Below the pieces are notes generated by a model, which did not search any database, had not been told where the DNA came from, and saw nothing but the letters and a program-made list of their open reading frames with translations. Of a stretch of 64,000 nt of DNA, positions 23,672 through 36,548 are shown piece after piece; position 1 is the first letter of the stretch; every line of letters starts with the position of its first letter. A program made the position numbers and the translations under genes. Source of the stretch: Trichosphaerium sp. ATCC 40318. Its lineage: Eukaryota > Protista > Tubulinea. The DNA lies in the NCBI GenBank assembly GCA_038496445.1, contig JALMLS010000516.1:310001-374000 (forward strand). The letters are read 5' to 3'.

Positions 23672-26600
23672 TTACTGTTCACCTTGAAGCCTCAAAAGTT
23701 GTTCTTGTATTGCTTTAAGAGTCTTATCACGTTGTTGACCTTCATTAACAAGCTCAATAACTATAGTATTCAAAGACTCGATTGCTCTCGTCTTTTCCTT
23801 TGCGTCTTGCTGAAGTGTCTTTACACGTGTTCTAAGTGCTTTTGCTTGTTGTTTTTGATGTTTTCTCCTCTCATCCAAATACTCAACAATATCATAAAGC
23901 TCCTCAATTTGCTTCAACATATGCTTCTCTCTCTTACTCAACTTTTTAGATCTATCAGAATCACCACTCGTTTCACTTTCGGACGTTTCTTGACTGTATA
24001 TGTGACGTCCTAAAAAAAAGGTTTAGCCTTTCTTTGAAGAAAGAAGGGGTTACCTTTAGGACTCTGTAGAATGGCTGTATTAGCATCCACGGATGCTTTT
24101 AGGCTCTCTCCTACTTGCCGTGCATCCTGTATAAAAGCATTTATAGCATTAACATCGAGGTTGGAGTGCATATGCTGTAGCTGATCAAATTTGGCTTCAA
24201 GTTTTGTAATACGTGACTCAAAGCGTTTGTGAGTATCAGAAGTGAAAAACCCGGAAACATGTGACATATCTACAGCTGATTTGCCCTTGAGCTTAACCAA
24301 GAATCTATAGTTCACAGATAATATCTCATAACCCTTTGGTGACTTTATCAATGCTGTCATTTGTAAATGTGCTGACGCCTAAAAAGAACGTTACAAATCG
24401 TTTAAGTATTTTGTTGCTGAAAGTCTCGTGCCTCCATGCTTATAATGTTACCAGTGAAGTAGAATTCCTTTACTAGCCAAGGCGTTTCTCCCTTGGAGAA
24501 ATGGATGTTAGTCTAACATTTAAACTGAGTTAGTAGTTAGCTTACCTCAAAACTCCAAATACACAATTTATTTTCTAAACCAATAAAGATGTTCCCACCA
24601 ATTCGTTTGATGCATGAACTCTCCTGCATCGAATTCCGATCGCTAACATCAACTTTCTATTCATACAAGTTATTAATAATATACATCCGCACGTCATCGA
24701 TATCGTACGTCATGACGACCTCTGGAAACCAAAAATCCTTTTTTTTCTTGTTTTATACAAAATCTTGCATGCTCAGCAAACAATCGCTCTCCCTATGGAC
24801 TAGAAGTTAATACACGAACAAATCATCTCAAATATCACACGTACCAACATTCTTACTATAACATCACCTGCTTTGTCCTGTACAATGACATATTTTGCAT
24901 CAACAATACATTTGACAATCTTAGTAGGGTATGGAATACGCATTGGTTCAGCAGTTCGTCCTTAAATACGAAAGTCAGTAAAACCTAAAAAGCACGTGTT
25001 ATTTATTCTTTTCGCACGTGATAAATCATTCCAAGCAAGGACTGTGTGCTCAGTATTTGCAATAATATAGTTCTCATTCACATAGTGTATGGAGCTCAGA
25101 GACTTTTTGCCTTTGCGAGAGTTAGTACATTGTCAGATTCGGGTAGTCTTTTTGATGCCATACTTTGCCAACTGAATTTCATAACGCCATGACTTACATC
25201 CCATAACTGGAAGCCAGCATATGAACCAATAAGGAGTGTATCACCGTACAAAGCACAAAATTTCTGTAGAGGCGCTAAACACTACACAAAAACAAGTCAA
25301 AAACCTTGTCTATTGAAAAAAAAAAAAATATGAAAGAAGCATACCGAAATATCACGTGGTGGATGCCACTTGGCTTGTTTGAAATCTCCCAGAAGCTGCA
25401 TCTTACCCTACTCAAAATAAACACTAGAACGTATTACCAATGTACTACCTTTTTCTTAGATGTAGAGCACCATGTCGAGGCGACATATTGGTGAGCATTT
25501 TCTGTGTGAGATAAAACAACAAGTTTCTTCGCATTTGATACTATTATCGTTTTTGTGTTGACTTTCACTTGTGTTTCTAACAAAGTGTTTTAGGTCATTC
25601 CTCTCTTAACTTTATAGATTGCTTTACCTTTTAAATACTGTTGATGAAACGGAGAAGTGAGGTATGACTGCCATCGATCAAATAGAAGGGTAAACTCAAG
25701 AGCTCTTTGAGCTTGTTCAAAGATATTATCAGGGCAAGGTGCTCCCTTCTCAACTTTTTTGATTGAATCGAATAGTGCATCACGAATCTTAGAGCTTATA
25801 TTCACCTACTCATTGTTACCACTTATATATAAGCTATGATTATTATAGCTCAAAAGGGAATTTAGCGTACTTCTTGGCGAGCTCCAGATTCAAAGAACTG
25901 TCTCCAAATTGTTTTTGTTGCTTTAATATGATCTTCTGCATCACTGCTTTTAAACTCTTCTATAGCCTCTAAACAACTTATGTTCTCTTCAGCATAAATA
26001 GACTTTAGGTAATCCTTAAAGTATGATCGTCCAACCACATCTCGAATAACATTGAAAAATGAAGCAGAATCTGTAAACAAAAAAAAAACATTAATTTCTC
26101 TAACCCAACTTTGCACCACCTACCACTCTGAGGTTCTGTACTCTTACCCAAGTTGCTAGGCGCTGCACTTGAAACCTCTGATGCACCAGTTGCTTTTTTG
26201 TGTTCCGTCACAGGGAGCAATGCACTCTGTTTAAAAATAAGCGAATGGACAGGTATAAAAAAGCAAGTGTTTCTTACCAACGTAACAGATCTACGACCAG
26301 CAGTAACCCTAGGTGCCCTTCCTGGCGGCGAGCAATTATCTCTTTGTTTTAAAGGAGATTTACTTCGTCCTCGAAGTTTATTTGGACTGATACTACGACG
26401 TTTGTGACTGTCACTGCTTTGATGTCTATGCTTGTGTCTTATGTTTTTGATCCGAAATTTCTTCGCAATCTTTGTAGGAAGCAATGAACTGCTTGCTGCT
26501 TTAGATTCTATGCCCGGTGGTGGATGCCCCGTTGCATTATTTTCAAATGCACCTGAGTCGTCATTGGAGTCACTGTCCGTCATGGCTACTTCTTCACTGT

Positions 26601-28642
26601 CAACCATATCTTGTGATTTAGAAGGAGAATCGAACTGTTCTGATACTGTAGGATCTGTCTCTTCTTGGAGAGAATCATCATCAGTATCTGGTGGCTACAG
26701 AATGTTAAATTTCTTAAAGAAAGAGAAAACAAAAAGGGTGAACATACGTCATCAAGATGGAAACTTTCACACGAATCTTTCTTTTTATCATAGGCTTGTA
26801 CTGTATTGTTTTTATGGTATGTATAACATCTTAAGTCTACTTTGGAGGAACACAAGATAGGTGATGTATTTGGAAGGTAACGTACATCAGAACCGTCAGT
26901 AGAAGACAGAATCTGAGTACCTATACCACTATAGGTAGCTACAACACCAAACTCGATCAAACAAATCTTCTCCAATTCCTCACCAGTATCAAGCTTGTCT
27001 GGAATCCAAGAAAGAGCCCACTGAGTTTTCTTCTTTTCCTTGGGTTCACGCTTCAATTTACTACCTACCATAGAAGAGAAAACAATGTCAGAACCAATCA
27101 GAACTCCAAACTTTAAAGATATTTTTGTTATATGTAATGCGCACCTATTTTTGAGTGTACACCCTTCTTCTTGTCTTTTTCACCTAGCATTGAGTGCAAT
27201 TTTGGATTTAGAGCCTATAAAGGGAGGGTTAAAAGTGTAAAAAACGTGTTTATCTATCTATACTCACAACTTTTGTAGCAGTATTTGTTGAAATCAAAGG
27301 CGGTTTTTTTGTTATCATCGGCTTTCCGTATTTCTAGAGATAGCTTTATCAATAAAATGAACTGATGATTTTCCAAGCCACGTACAGCTTCTACTTGTTT
27401 TTCTGTAACAACTTTTCCACCCAAAAGCTTTGACAGTTTGCCAGTATTTTGTGTTTCATCAACAACTTGAAAAAACATGTCAAAAAAAAAAATCTGATAA
27501 ACAAAAGACGTACTTGTCAAGTACCCACTGGCATTTGACTTGGTAACCTAGCTTCACATTAACACCCAAAAAATATTAATTGCATTATAAACACGAACCG
27601 CTTTATCGACAGAAGCCTGAGCCATTGACAACACATCTATAAAAAAAATTACAACTTGTTGTGACAAACAAATTGGGGTTTTTCACATACCAGCCTGTTG
27701 CTGTTGGTGTGATGGTGGAGCTCCTGAGGGAGGAGAAGGACGCGATACAGCTGGACAAGGTGCTTCCGCAAAAGCAAAGAATCCCATTGGTTCTCCAACC
27801 GCACCACGCTGCAAAGAAGTACTATCTCGAGCACTGCTTTGTAACTTTACACTACCTGCTATCCAACCTGGTTTTTCTCTCTCCCCTTCAATTGGTTTTA
27901 TATCTTCTTCTTGACTCTCATCGTCTTCTTCAGTTTTCCCTGTAACACGTGTCAATATTTATAAAAATTCTGGAAGTGTTTTGCTGTACCATCATCAGAA
28001 TCACTGTCAAGTACTTCCCTGGGTAGTGAGGAGAGCAAAGCTTCATCAGGATCTTGTTCTAAATTGGGAGAACAATTAAATTAATTATAATTTCGTTATT
28101 CTCAAAACAGATGTACACAAACCTTCTTCAAGATCATCAAGCGTTAACTCTGGCACTTTTACGGGTTTCTGTTGCGAATCCGATGGTGTAGACTGTGAGC
28201 TTTCCACTTGTTTGTGAGGCATCTGGTAATACGTTATAGGTACCATAGGAAGCCACTGATAAGCGGTTATATTGGTGGAAAAACGCATACCTCCGTGAGG
28301 GTGAAAATTGCGTCCATAGATAGGTCACTGCCCTCACCATCGACTGGTTCAAGTTTTCCTGCCTTGTAGAGCCCATCTAAAATTTCTAGAGCTATTTTTT
28401 CTGAAAGGGATTTTTCACGCATTAAAGCAGCTACTGCTTGCCTCACTAATTGTTTTAGAGCGTAACCGTTCCAAAACAAAAATAAAATGCACCTTCAAAG
28501 CAATATTTGTACGTTTTGCCGCTCCAACGTATCTTCTTCAATTCTATGGTGCTAAGAACCCCCATAGCCATTTGGTGCTGACCCGACGTGAGTACACGCC
28601 AAATTCTCGTGTTAATATACGTACAGAAGATTCGGAGGCCAT
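23672..28642 (-). CDS. Large signalling protein: RGS domain, probable beta-propeller region and C-terminal coiled coil (could be two genes)
   Basis: RGS signature YFKDYLKSIYAEENISCLEAIEEFK...GARQEVNIS...IFEQAQ...RWQSYLTSPFHQQYL; beta-rich exons at 24400-25600; heptad-rich last exon; about 22 introns. Confidence 0.65.
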
Positions 28643-29650
28643 TGCAGCCTAAGAGAAGCTGTGTTTTGTGTTTCCAATTTTTGCTTTTGTTGTACTATTT
28701 AAGACTTAGTTGCTAGATCACATTCTACATCGCAGCGTTGAAGGCACTACCACACGCCACCAAATATGTAAGTGCAACGGCACAAATACTGCATTTCGCA
28801 AAGGTGCCAGACGTTAAACTTGTGGACTTACACAAAGCGAAAATGACGAAAAAAAAGCTATTACAGCGATATAGAAGCTTTTATTCTTATTCTAAAAGTT
28901 TTATTTAAAACCGCGAGAGTGTCAGCGCCACTAGTACGTTGTATTTAATGACTATGCGCATTACTACGCTTCACATTTAGACTAAGTACTTTTACCCGCT
29001 TGTTCCGAATTTATTATTCCAAAATGGACAAGTAGAATAATACGCCTAACTGCGTCGTACACCACTGAATGTATATTTGAAAAGTGACACTTTACGTCAA
29101 AATCTTTACAAAAGTGTTGCCATGACAACTTACACGGTAATGTAGTGTAATATATGACAACGTGCCATTCACAGGGACCTATGTCCCTCGTACATTGTCT
29201 TGAGGTTCATTTTTCCAAATTTGTCCTGTCTGTTTTCCCGACAGTGCTGCTAGGTTGTCTTTAGTGGATTGCATATTCTACCTTGTCATCCTGGATGGTG
29301 ACCGTGGCAACCAATATCTGGGAACTCGCTACCTGTACCATAGCTTTCAGAGTCTCTAGTAGACACTCAATATTCTTGCCACCTTCGTTGATTTAGTAAA
29401 AAGACTTCTGGCTGCCTGCAGTTTCGGAATTGACTCGGAAGTACAGTACATTTTTTACCATACAATATTCTTATGTTTTACAAAGCATTGCGAGTGTTTA
29501 AACTCGTACCATTGCTTAGGGGAAACCCACTTTCACTTTTACCATTGCTCCTTAATTAACGAATAGTTACAGTACACAGTGCAAAACATAGTACGGAGCT
29601 AACAGCAAGTTTGTTTAATTATCTACATTAGAAATACTCTGACTATAAAA

Positions 29651-30460
29651 ATGACGGATGTAACAAGTATTGAAAACAGATTTACTCCAGAATCCGATGA
29701 TTGCCATCTATTTCACCTTCCTGTTGAGATTCAGCTTGATATCATTGATTTTGACGCACGGTGTCCGTATATTTAATGTGGCCGCTCCTTTCAAAACGCT
29801 GTGCAATGAATACGAGGTTTGATGGTGACATGAAAAAGCATGGGAAATGGCAAAAAAGAACAAAATGCTCCAAGCGTCTTGTGGTAAGTTGCTTTTTTGT
29901 CACCAACAGTTGTTAATGTTATATTAGATTTGTCAACAGCATTGGTCACATGGTAAGCAACATGGAAACGACACGTGGTACTACAAAGGGAAATTGACTG
30001 AGCAGTTGAATTATGTGAATGGTAAACGACACGGGGAGTACAAAAGTTGGCATACAAATTCCAAAGGCCAAACTGGCAATTCAATTTTGTGAATGGTAAA
30101 AGAGAAGGAGAGCAAAAGGATTGGCATTCAAACGGGCAATTGTATGAGCAGTATAATTGTGTGAATGACAAACGAGAGGGAGAGTTCAAGAGATGGTATA
30201 AAAATGGCCAATTGAACCATCAGTACAGTTATATAAATGGTAAAAAAGAAGGGGAGTACAAGAGTTGGTATACACTGGCAAATATAGTGAATGGCGAACG
30301 AGAGTACAAGAGTTGGTATGACAATGGCCAACTGAAACAGTGGTATAATTGTGTGAATGGTAAACGAGAGGGAGAGTACAAGAGTTGGCATAAAAATGGC
30401 AAACTGAATTTTCATGTAATATACACAAACGGAGTCCAACACCCACAGTTAGTGGAATGA
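29651..30460 (+). pseudogene. F-box-like plus MORN-variant (YwqK-like) repeat gene with frameshifts
   Basis: LFHLPVEIQLDIIDF (F-box-like); about 24-aa repeats NGKREGEYKSWYxNGQL; continuity requires frame changes near 29760, 29815 and 30070; one intron-like GTAAGT...ATTAG at about 29884-29928. Confidence 0.65.
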
Positions 30461-30971
30461 AGTGCACTTCACTACCATCCTAAGTTATCCTTACACAATC
30501 AATCAGGTTTGATTCTCGCTTGGGGTTACTGACTGGATCAGGTAATGGTGTCTGGTAATTAACGCATGTAATGTACAAATAAAATAAAAACAACAATCAA
30601 AATCAAATTACATGAATGTTAGCTAGAAGAAGTACTTGCCACTCAAAGATAAAGGCTGGTTCGAGCTATGACAATTCATACTATGTAGCAACTATAATTG
30701 TTACACCAACTTTATTTTATTGCAACCTTAACTCTATAAGGGACTAGACTTTGTGAATATTGAGCTAAGACAAATTCAATTCATCTAAGATGGTTTAATT
30801 TTGTAACCATAAACCACGTGACACTAGCTAGTAAGTATCATTTCAACACGGGATAGATTTCCAACGCTTACAAAAGACAGACAAAACAAGCATTCTTAAC
30901 GAAGAACAGGTCCTCAAAACGTACACGGGGTAAATATTTGACCATTTTTTTCTGAATTAACAAACCAAATC

Positions 30972-31545
30972 ATGACGTGCCAGTGGCGATTTCCTCTATG
31001 TTTTTTTGTTGACCTACTTAAACAACCATTGTGGGTTATTGTACGCATAATCTTGAATGATAAAAAAAAATTCCTTTCGTTTCATGTAGGTGTGGGTTGG
31101 ATGGCTAATAATTGCGAATTCAGCGAGTTTGGTGTTTGTTATTGTATCTGATTGGCGAGAAGTGGTTGTTATCGTTATTCTCATAGTATGGCTCATTAGT
31201 AAGCGATTTTAGCGTTTTTGTCGCGCTTTTAACAACCTCCAAGATGCCACAGCAATGTTGAGTGTTTACACTTTAATGGGCATGTCCAAAGCGCTAGGGT
31301 TAGTACACGCGGTACTTTGGACGCCATTGTGCGTCTACATCATAGTGATGCTATTCATACAGTCAGATGACTGGTCACGTACGTTAATTTACGGAGAGCA
31401 ACAACTAAAGGGGATAGGCGTAACTTTTGGTTACGTTATTGTGCTAGCGCTCACGGATATTGTTTCGCTTGGTTTTGATTACTTAGACGCTTATATTTAC
31501 TTCACACAAGAGCGTAAGGGCGAAGAGCGTGAGACACTGCATTAA
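30972..31545 (+). CDS. Small polytopic membrane protein of unknown function
   Basis: Three exons splice to QPLWVIVWVGWLIIANSASLVF...GMSKALGLVHAVLWTPL; four or five hydrophobic helices. Confidence 0.7.
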
Positions 31546-31628
31546 AACACTCGCTGAGAAGGTTTGGTCAATAAAGTTCTTTGATTGTTTTTATCTTTTC
31601 TTGAAACTTCCTTTTACACTAGCCGTTG

Positions 31629-32887
31629 ATGTATCCTACACCTGGCACAAACGCTCAGGTTTATCAGCAGTCTCCAATGCGCGGCGGTTACCACACGCCT
31701 AGCAGAGGGACGCCACAAGGAGCAAGAACGCCAGGAGGCTCGCTCTCAGCCCATCTATTCCCTTCTACGCCGATGCCAAGTACACCAGGACCAGTACGCG
31801 CCAATACATAATCTTTTCCTGTTTGACGTTTATGCAGCCTGCATCTTCACCTTATATTGGAAAGAGTGGCAGCAACACGCCTTCACTCCCATTGACTTCG
31901 TACTATGACAAAGTACGTGGTTACACCAAAATTGCCCTGTTTCCGTTGCGGTGCTAACAGAAATACTAATTTAACGAAGAACTGAAAGCATAGATCTGTG
32001 TTTTTTTTATTATGCCGCCAAAACGACTAATTCCATCACTAGGACGGAGACGCGCCACCAGGGTCACCATATGTAAGTACGTACTACTACTTATTTAAAA
32101 ATGAACTTTCACCGAGCCTTCATGGCTATTTACCATTCGCTTACACTTTACCCATAACTAACGTATCTAGATCCTCAACAATTCACTCCAAGCACTCCAG
32201 GTCGCAATTTCTTGAACGCACCTTCAACGCCTATGGCTACTGTTAATCCCAATCAATACAATGTCAGTGCACAAGCAACGCCAAACGCTTCAGCAGTAAG
32301 AAGAAACTGCTGGGTTACTGTTTTTGGCTTTCCAGCCGATTACCACTCTGCCGTGGCTACAGCCTTTAAGGTTCATGGCGCTATAGAATGTATAGAGCAA
32401 GCACAAGTACGTCAAAAGTTTTGAGTTGTTTTTGTACTCGAAATCCAACAACACGTTTAAAAAAATACGTTAGAAGTGTTTCTTGCTCATATTTTATTAT
32501 CAGGGTGGAGGCAATTGGTTTCATATATGTTACCGTACACCTGGCGCTGCAGAGGCTGCATTGGCCAAAAACCATATGATCATTGAAGGCAACATCATGG
32601 TTGGCGTTAGAAACTGTATTCGCGATTTTGAAGTTGGTCTCAAAACTGACATTCATGGATCTCCTAACCCAAATCTCTTACGTACAGCTACCTCCACAAG
32701 CACACCATTCAAGAGAGGCGCCAATAACAACCAAGGCTTCACCCCTAAGGCAAAGTACGCCAAAATTAATAATTTGTTATATTTACGTGCACTCACGCCA
32801 CCTAGCCGTTATCAAGTAGACAGCATCACTAAAAACAATTGGTTGACGTCTACTTATACATACGTTCGCGATTCCCTGTCAACATAA
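31629..32887 (+). CDS. NUP35: Nucleoporin Nup35/Nup53
   Basis: S/T-P-rich N-terminus, Nup35-type RRM WVTVFGFP...GNWFHICY...ALAKNHMIIEGNIMVGV, C-terminal amphipathic helix. Confidence 0.88.
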
Positions 32888-33329
32888 AAATACCAAAGTA
32901 ATAAACTGTACATAAAAGACTGTAACGATGGTTTCAGTGGAGCGAGTGACTGTGCTCTTATTTTTGCGATTATTTAGCAGTGTGTAGCGCTAATGTACTA
33001 AACCCGCCTATGACGCTACTTTCAAGCGCATTTAGGCCAATGTAGCGGTTTGAGTAAAAGACGCGCTTGTAACGTACACTAACTAAGTTACGAGCGTAAG
33101 GCGCTGCACGCAGCGCTAAGACGTATCAGTATTTGTCGTACTACGCTTGACAAAGGTCAATTTAGAGCAACGAGTCTGTATTGCTTGTAGCAGTTGTTGT
33201 ACTAGGCTATCGTGGTGCAATTGAGCTTTTTGGACTTTTGAAAAAGTTTTCTGGTGTTTTTTCTCAGCTTTAGTCATAATTTTTCGTTTCTCGTAGAGTA
33301 TCACTTTGTAATTTAGGATCGTAAACAGC

Positions 33330-34289
33330 ATGTCTGTACGTGTTTATAAGCGTTATACGTACCAATAAACGTAATGCTTATTTGTTGGGTAGAACAAAGG
33401 AAAGGGAGCGGCAAAGGAGAACCCAATGAAGAAGCTTCGCATTGAGAAGCTTTGTCTCAACATTTGCACTGGTGAAAGCGGCGACAGACTTCATCGTGCA
33501 GCTAAAGTTCTAACCGAGCTAACAAAGCAGGATCCATTTTTTTCCAGAGGTACAGCGCATTTTTAGTATCGTAAGCTAATTTTTTAGCCCGTTTGACGAT
33601 CCGTTCCTTTGGTGTTAGAAGAAATGAACAAATTGCTGCTTCAGTCACCATTAGAGGCTCTCGCGCACTCGAAATTTTGGATAAAGCACTCAGCGTAGGC
33701 GAATACGAACTCAGGGTACCATCCAACAAATTTCTCAATTGGATGTCTTTGTATTTACTGTTTTCGTTAGAAAAACTGCTTCAATGACAGCGGTTGCTTT
33801 GGTTTCGGTATTAAGGAACACATTGATCTTGGTATTCCATACGATCCATCCGTCGGTATTTACGGTATGAACGTTTTCGTCGTACTATCCCGCCCCGGCA
33901 AACGCGTTTCTAAGAGGTACGTTCAAAAAATACAAAAAAACAAAATACAGTTACAAGAGCAGAGCGCAACTAGCTAATGATTGTAAATGGTGGTGACGTT
34001 GATATCAACGCAAATGGCAAATGCAGAAAATTGCGCCATTATTGGCGTTTTCTTTTCATTATCTTTCTGTCAAATCGCTACCGTTTCAATTTGCGGCGTT
34101 TGCACTGTTCTTGCGCATTATTTTTTGAATTGCGTTTGTTTTTGGCACTTTCCCTCACATTTTCGCTCTAGGAGACGTTGCCGTTCACGAATGGGATTCT
34201 CACACCGCCCTACAAAAGAGCAAGCCCACAAATGGTTCAAAGACACATTCCCAGATGGCACTTTGAGCGACAAAAAAGAATTGCTCTAA
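33330..34289 (+). CDS. RPL11: 60S ribosomal protein L11 (uL5)
   Basis: [65 protein letters not shown]; four introns. Confidence 0.97.
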
Positions 34290-34489
34290 ATAATATTGAT
34301 GTAAACACTAAAACTATCGAAAGATTTTACTTGATCCCTTCTACATTATGTGTTTTAATTTTGTTGTTTGTTCCTTGTGTTTGTTGGTTTGGATGCGTGC
34401 TTAAGCTAAGATCTGATTAAGCCAGTTTTTTTGAAAACCAAACGTTTACAGCAAACTACAAGCATCGCTCTGTTAGTTAAGCGCTAAAT

Positions 34490-36239
34490 ATGGAAGATAG
34501 TACGCCCACTGCGAGTAGTATTGATCTTACAGAAGAGGAGGTATTATACTCCCTTTCGTTACAATTCCACTTTAATAAACTCCTATTAGATAGTCGGTGA
34601 TACTCCAAAGCCAATAACGAAGCCAGTTATTACATTGGAAGTATTGCGTAACGTTGTTAGTGTACGTTGAGCTCATTTATTTTATTCAACCGCCTTATTA
34701 TATTGTAGTATCAGCAAGGTGAAATTAGAGCGTTGAAGGAGCAAGTAAAAAAATTAGCCGCCAAGGTTGCGGATTCCAAACCACGAGAGCAGGAAGATAG
34801 ACCTGTGCGTGTAACATCAGCAAATAATATTCGCACATTCCAAATAACCGATTTTGTTCATAGGTTAGAGATCATCTTCGCCCTAGGCGCCGTCGCGGGC
34901 GAGGCGAGCCTTCTGGATTAATGTCTAAGGCGTTTGGTCTCCTAGTAGTCATTGTCGCTGCGATACTTTTTCACAAGATAACGACAGTACACGAGGTTCT
35001 AGTCCGCAACGTAGCAATGGAACACAGAAAAAGGTACACCTACAAACGCGTTGAATCACAAAAAAAAAAAAAGAAGGACAAGTTTTGGCATAAAACTCGC
35101 TTTTTACTCAACTATAACCCTTTTGTAAACAAAGTGTGCTGTTTATTAATAGCTCGAGTAAACAACGAATTGTCTACGTGGATGTGCTGACGTAGTTTGT
35201 TCAGAGCAATAACACAAGCTACAGCGCCTGTAATGCATCCTACCACCAGAGGAAGGAAGTATCATGAGGCAGAACCAATTACAGAATTTGTATACAAAGG
35301 ATGGAGCGGTGCTCTTTGGACAGTGTCTCTGACACAAGAGAATGGTGCGTTTTGTTTTTTTTTTTTGGGTTTGGTGACAGTTTTTTTGTGTTCGTTCTTT
35401 CATTCAGACTTTGACGCTTATGTCTTTGGTTTAGGTAGTATTAGAATGTTCCATAGGCCTGTTGAAGGATTAGGTCGTGGACATGATGATAATCGTATCC
35501 AGTTTTTGAACGAACAAGGACGTCGTGTTCAAGTCACGTACGTGAATTTTATCAAATGATCTCATTTTGATTTTTTTTCGATCGTTTGTTCTCTGACTTG
35601 GTGCCTTTTTTAGTCTTGCTGGTAGTAAGTACTACCTTCAATTAACTGAGGAGCAACCTTATAATACATGGAATGGATGGAAGAACTTTAAATCTTCCAT
35701 CATGTCATTCACCAGCGAGGGTGGTAAAACAATACACTTGCATTACTACAAGGGCGCTTTTTACAAAGTTAACCCTATTGACCACTTTGCTTATAAGACC
35801 TGGCAAGGTTCTATAAAGACTTTTACTGGTATCAATAAGCGTATTGGAGTATTTGTTGATAAGTACGTCAAAAGAAAGGAGTGCCAAATGGTCACCTGTT
35901 TTTTTTTTTTTTTGTTGTCGGTTACATTGTCTCATGTCTGTTTTTAGTAGTTTCGCACTTGGTGTTCACTCTGTGTCTGCTGAGTATATAGCATGGAACG
36001 GAAAGAAGTGGAGTGTTTACCTTGATAAGATTGGTAGTGATACTTTCTATCACGTGATTAACGTACGACAACTTCAAAAAATATGTTGTTTTATTTTTTT
36101 TTAATTGAAATTCTTTTAGGGCAATGCACAACAGACGTATCGGTCAAATAATATTCAATACCTTGGCAGCAATGGAACGAAATGTGTATGCCAGAGTTTA
36201 CAAAAAGATGATTTGTCTTGCTTCTGTAGAGCTCAATAA
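34490..36239 (+). CDS. Type II membrane protein with coiled coil and aromatic Y-x-x-W-x-G repeats
   Basis: About nine exons; TM helix AFGLLVVIVAAILF; repeated YKGWSGALW, YNTWNGW, YKTWQG, YIAWNGKKW. Confidence 0.6.
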
Positions 36240-36548
36240 TGCTGTATTGTATTACAAGATTTGTGTTAAGTACGGCTCACCTACGCCGTTTAGTAAAAAA
36301 TGTGTCATTAAGTTAAATATGATTGTAGTTTCTTTAGTTTCGTCAGTCACCTGTCACGAAATACAGGGAACAATCCGACCACCGCGGAGGTCAGAAACAA
36401 GTTGAAACGACTTGAGTTGAAAAAAAAACGTTTAACTTACAAAAACTTAATTTGTACCCCTTGTAGCATACACTAGCGTTCCTCAACAGGTCACGTTTAT
36501 ATTTAACATATACAGTCTTCCGTTCGGGTAAAGAAGTCGGTGTTTGTT

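Noticed and set aside
29160-29445. Slightly GC-richer stretch with a short minus-strand open frame
   Set aside because: No start codon, splice structure or recognisable domain
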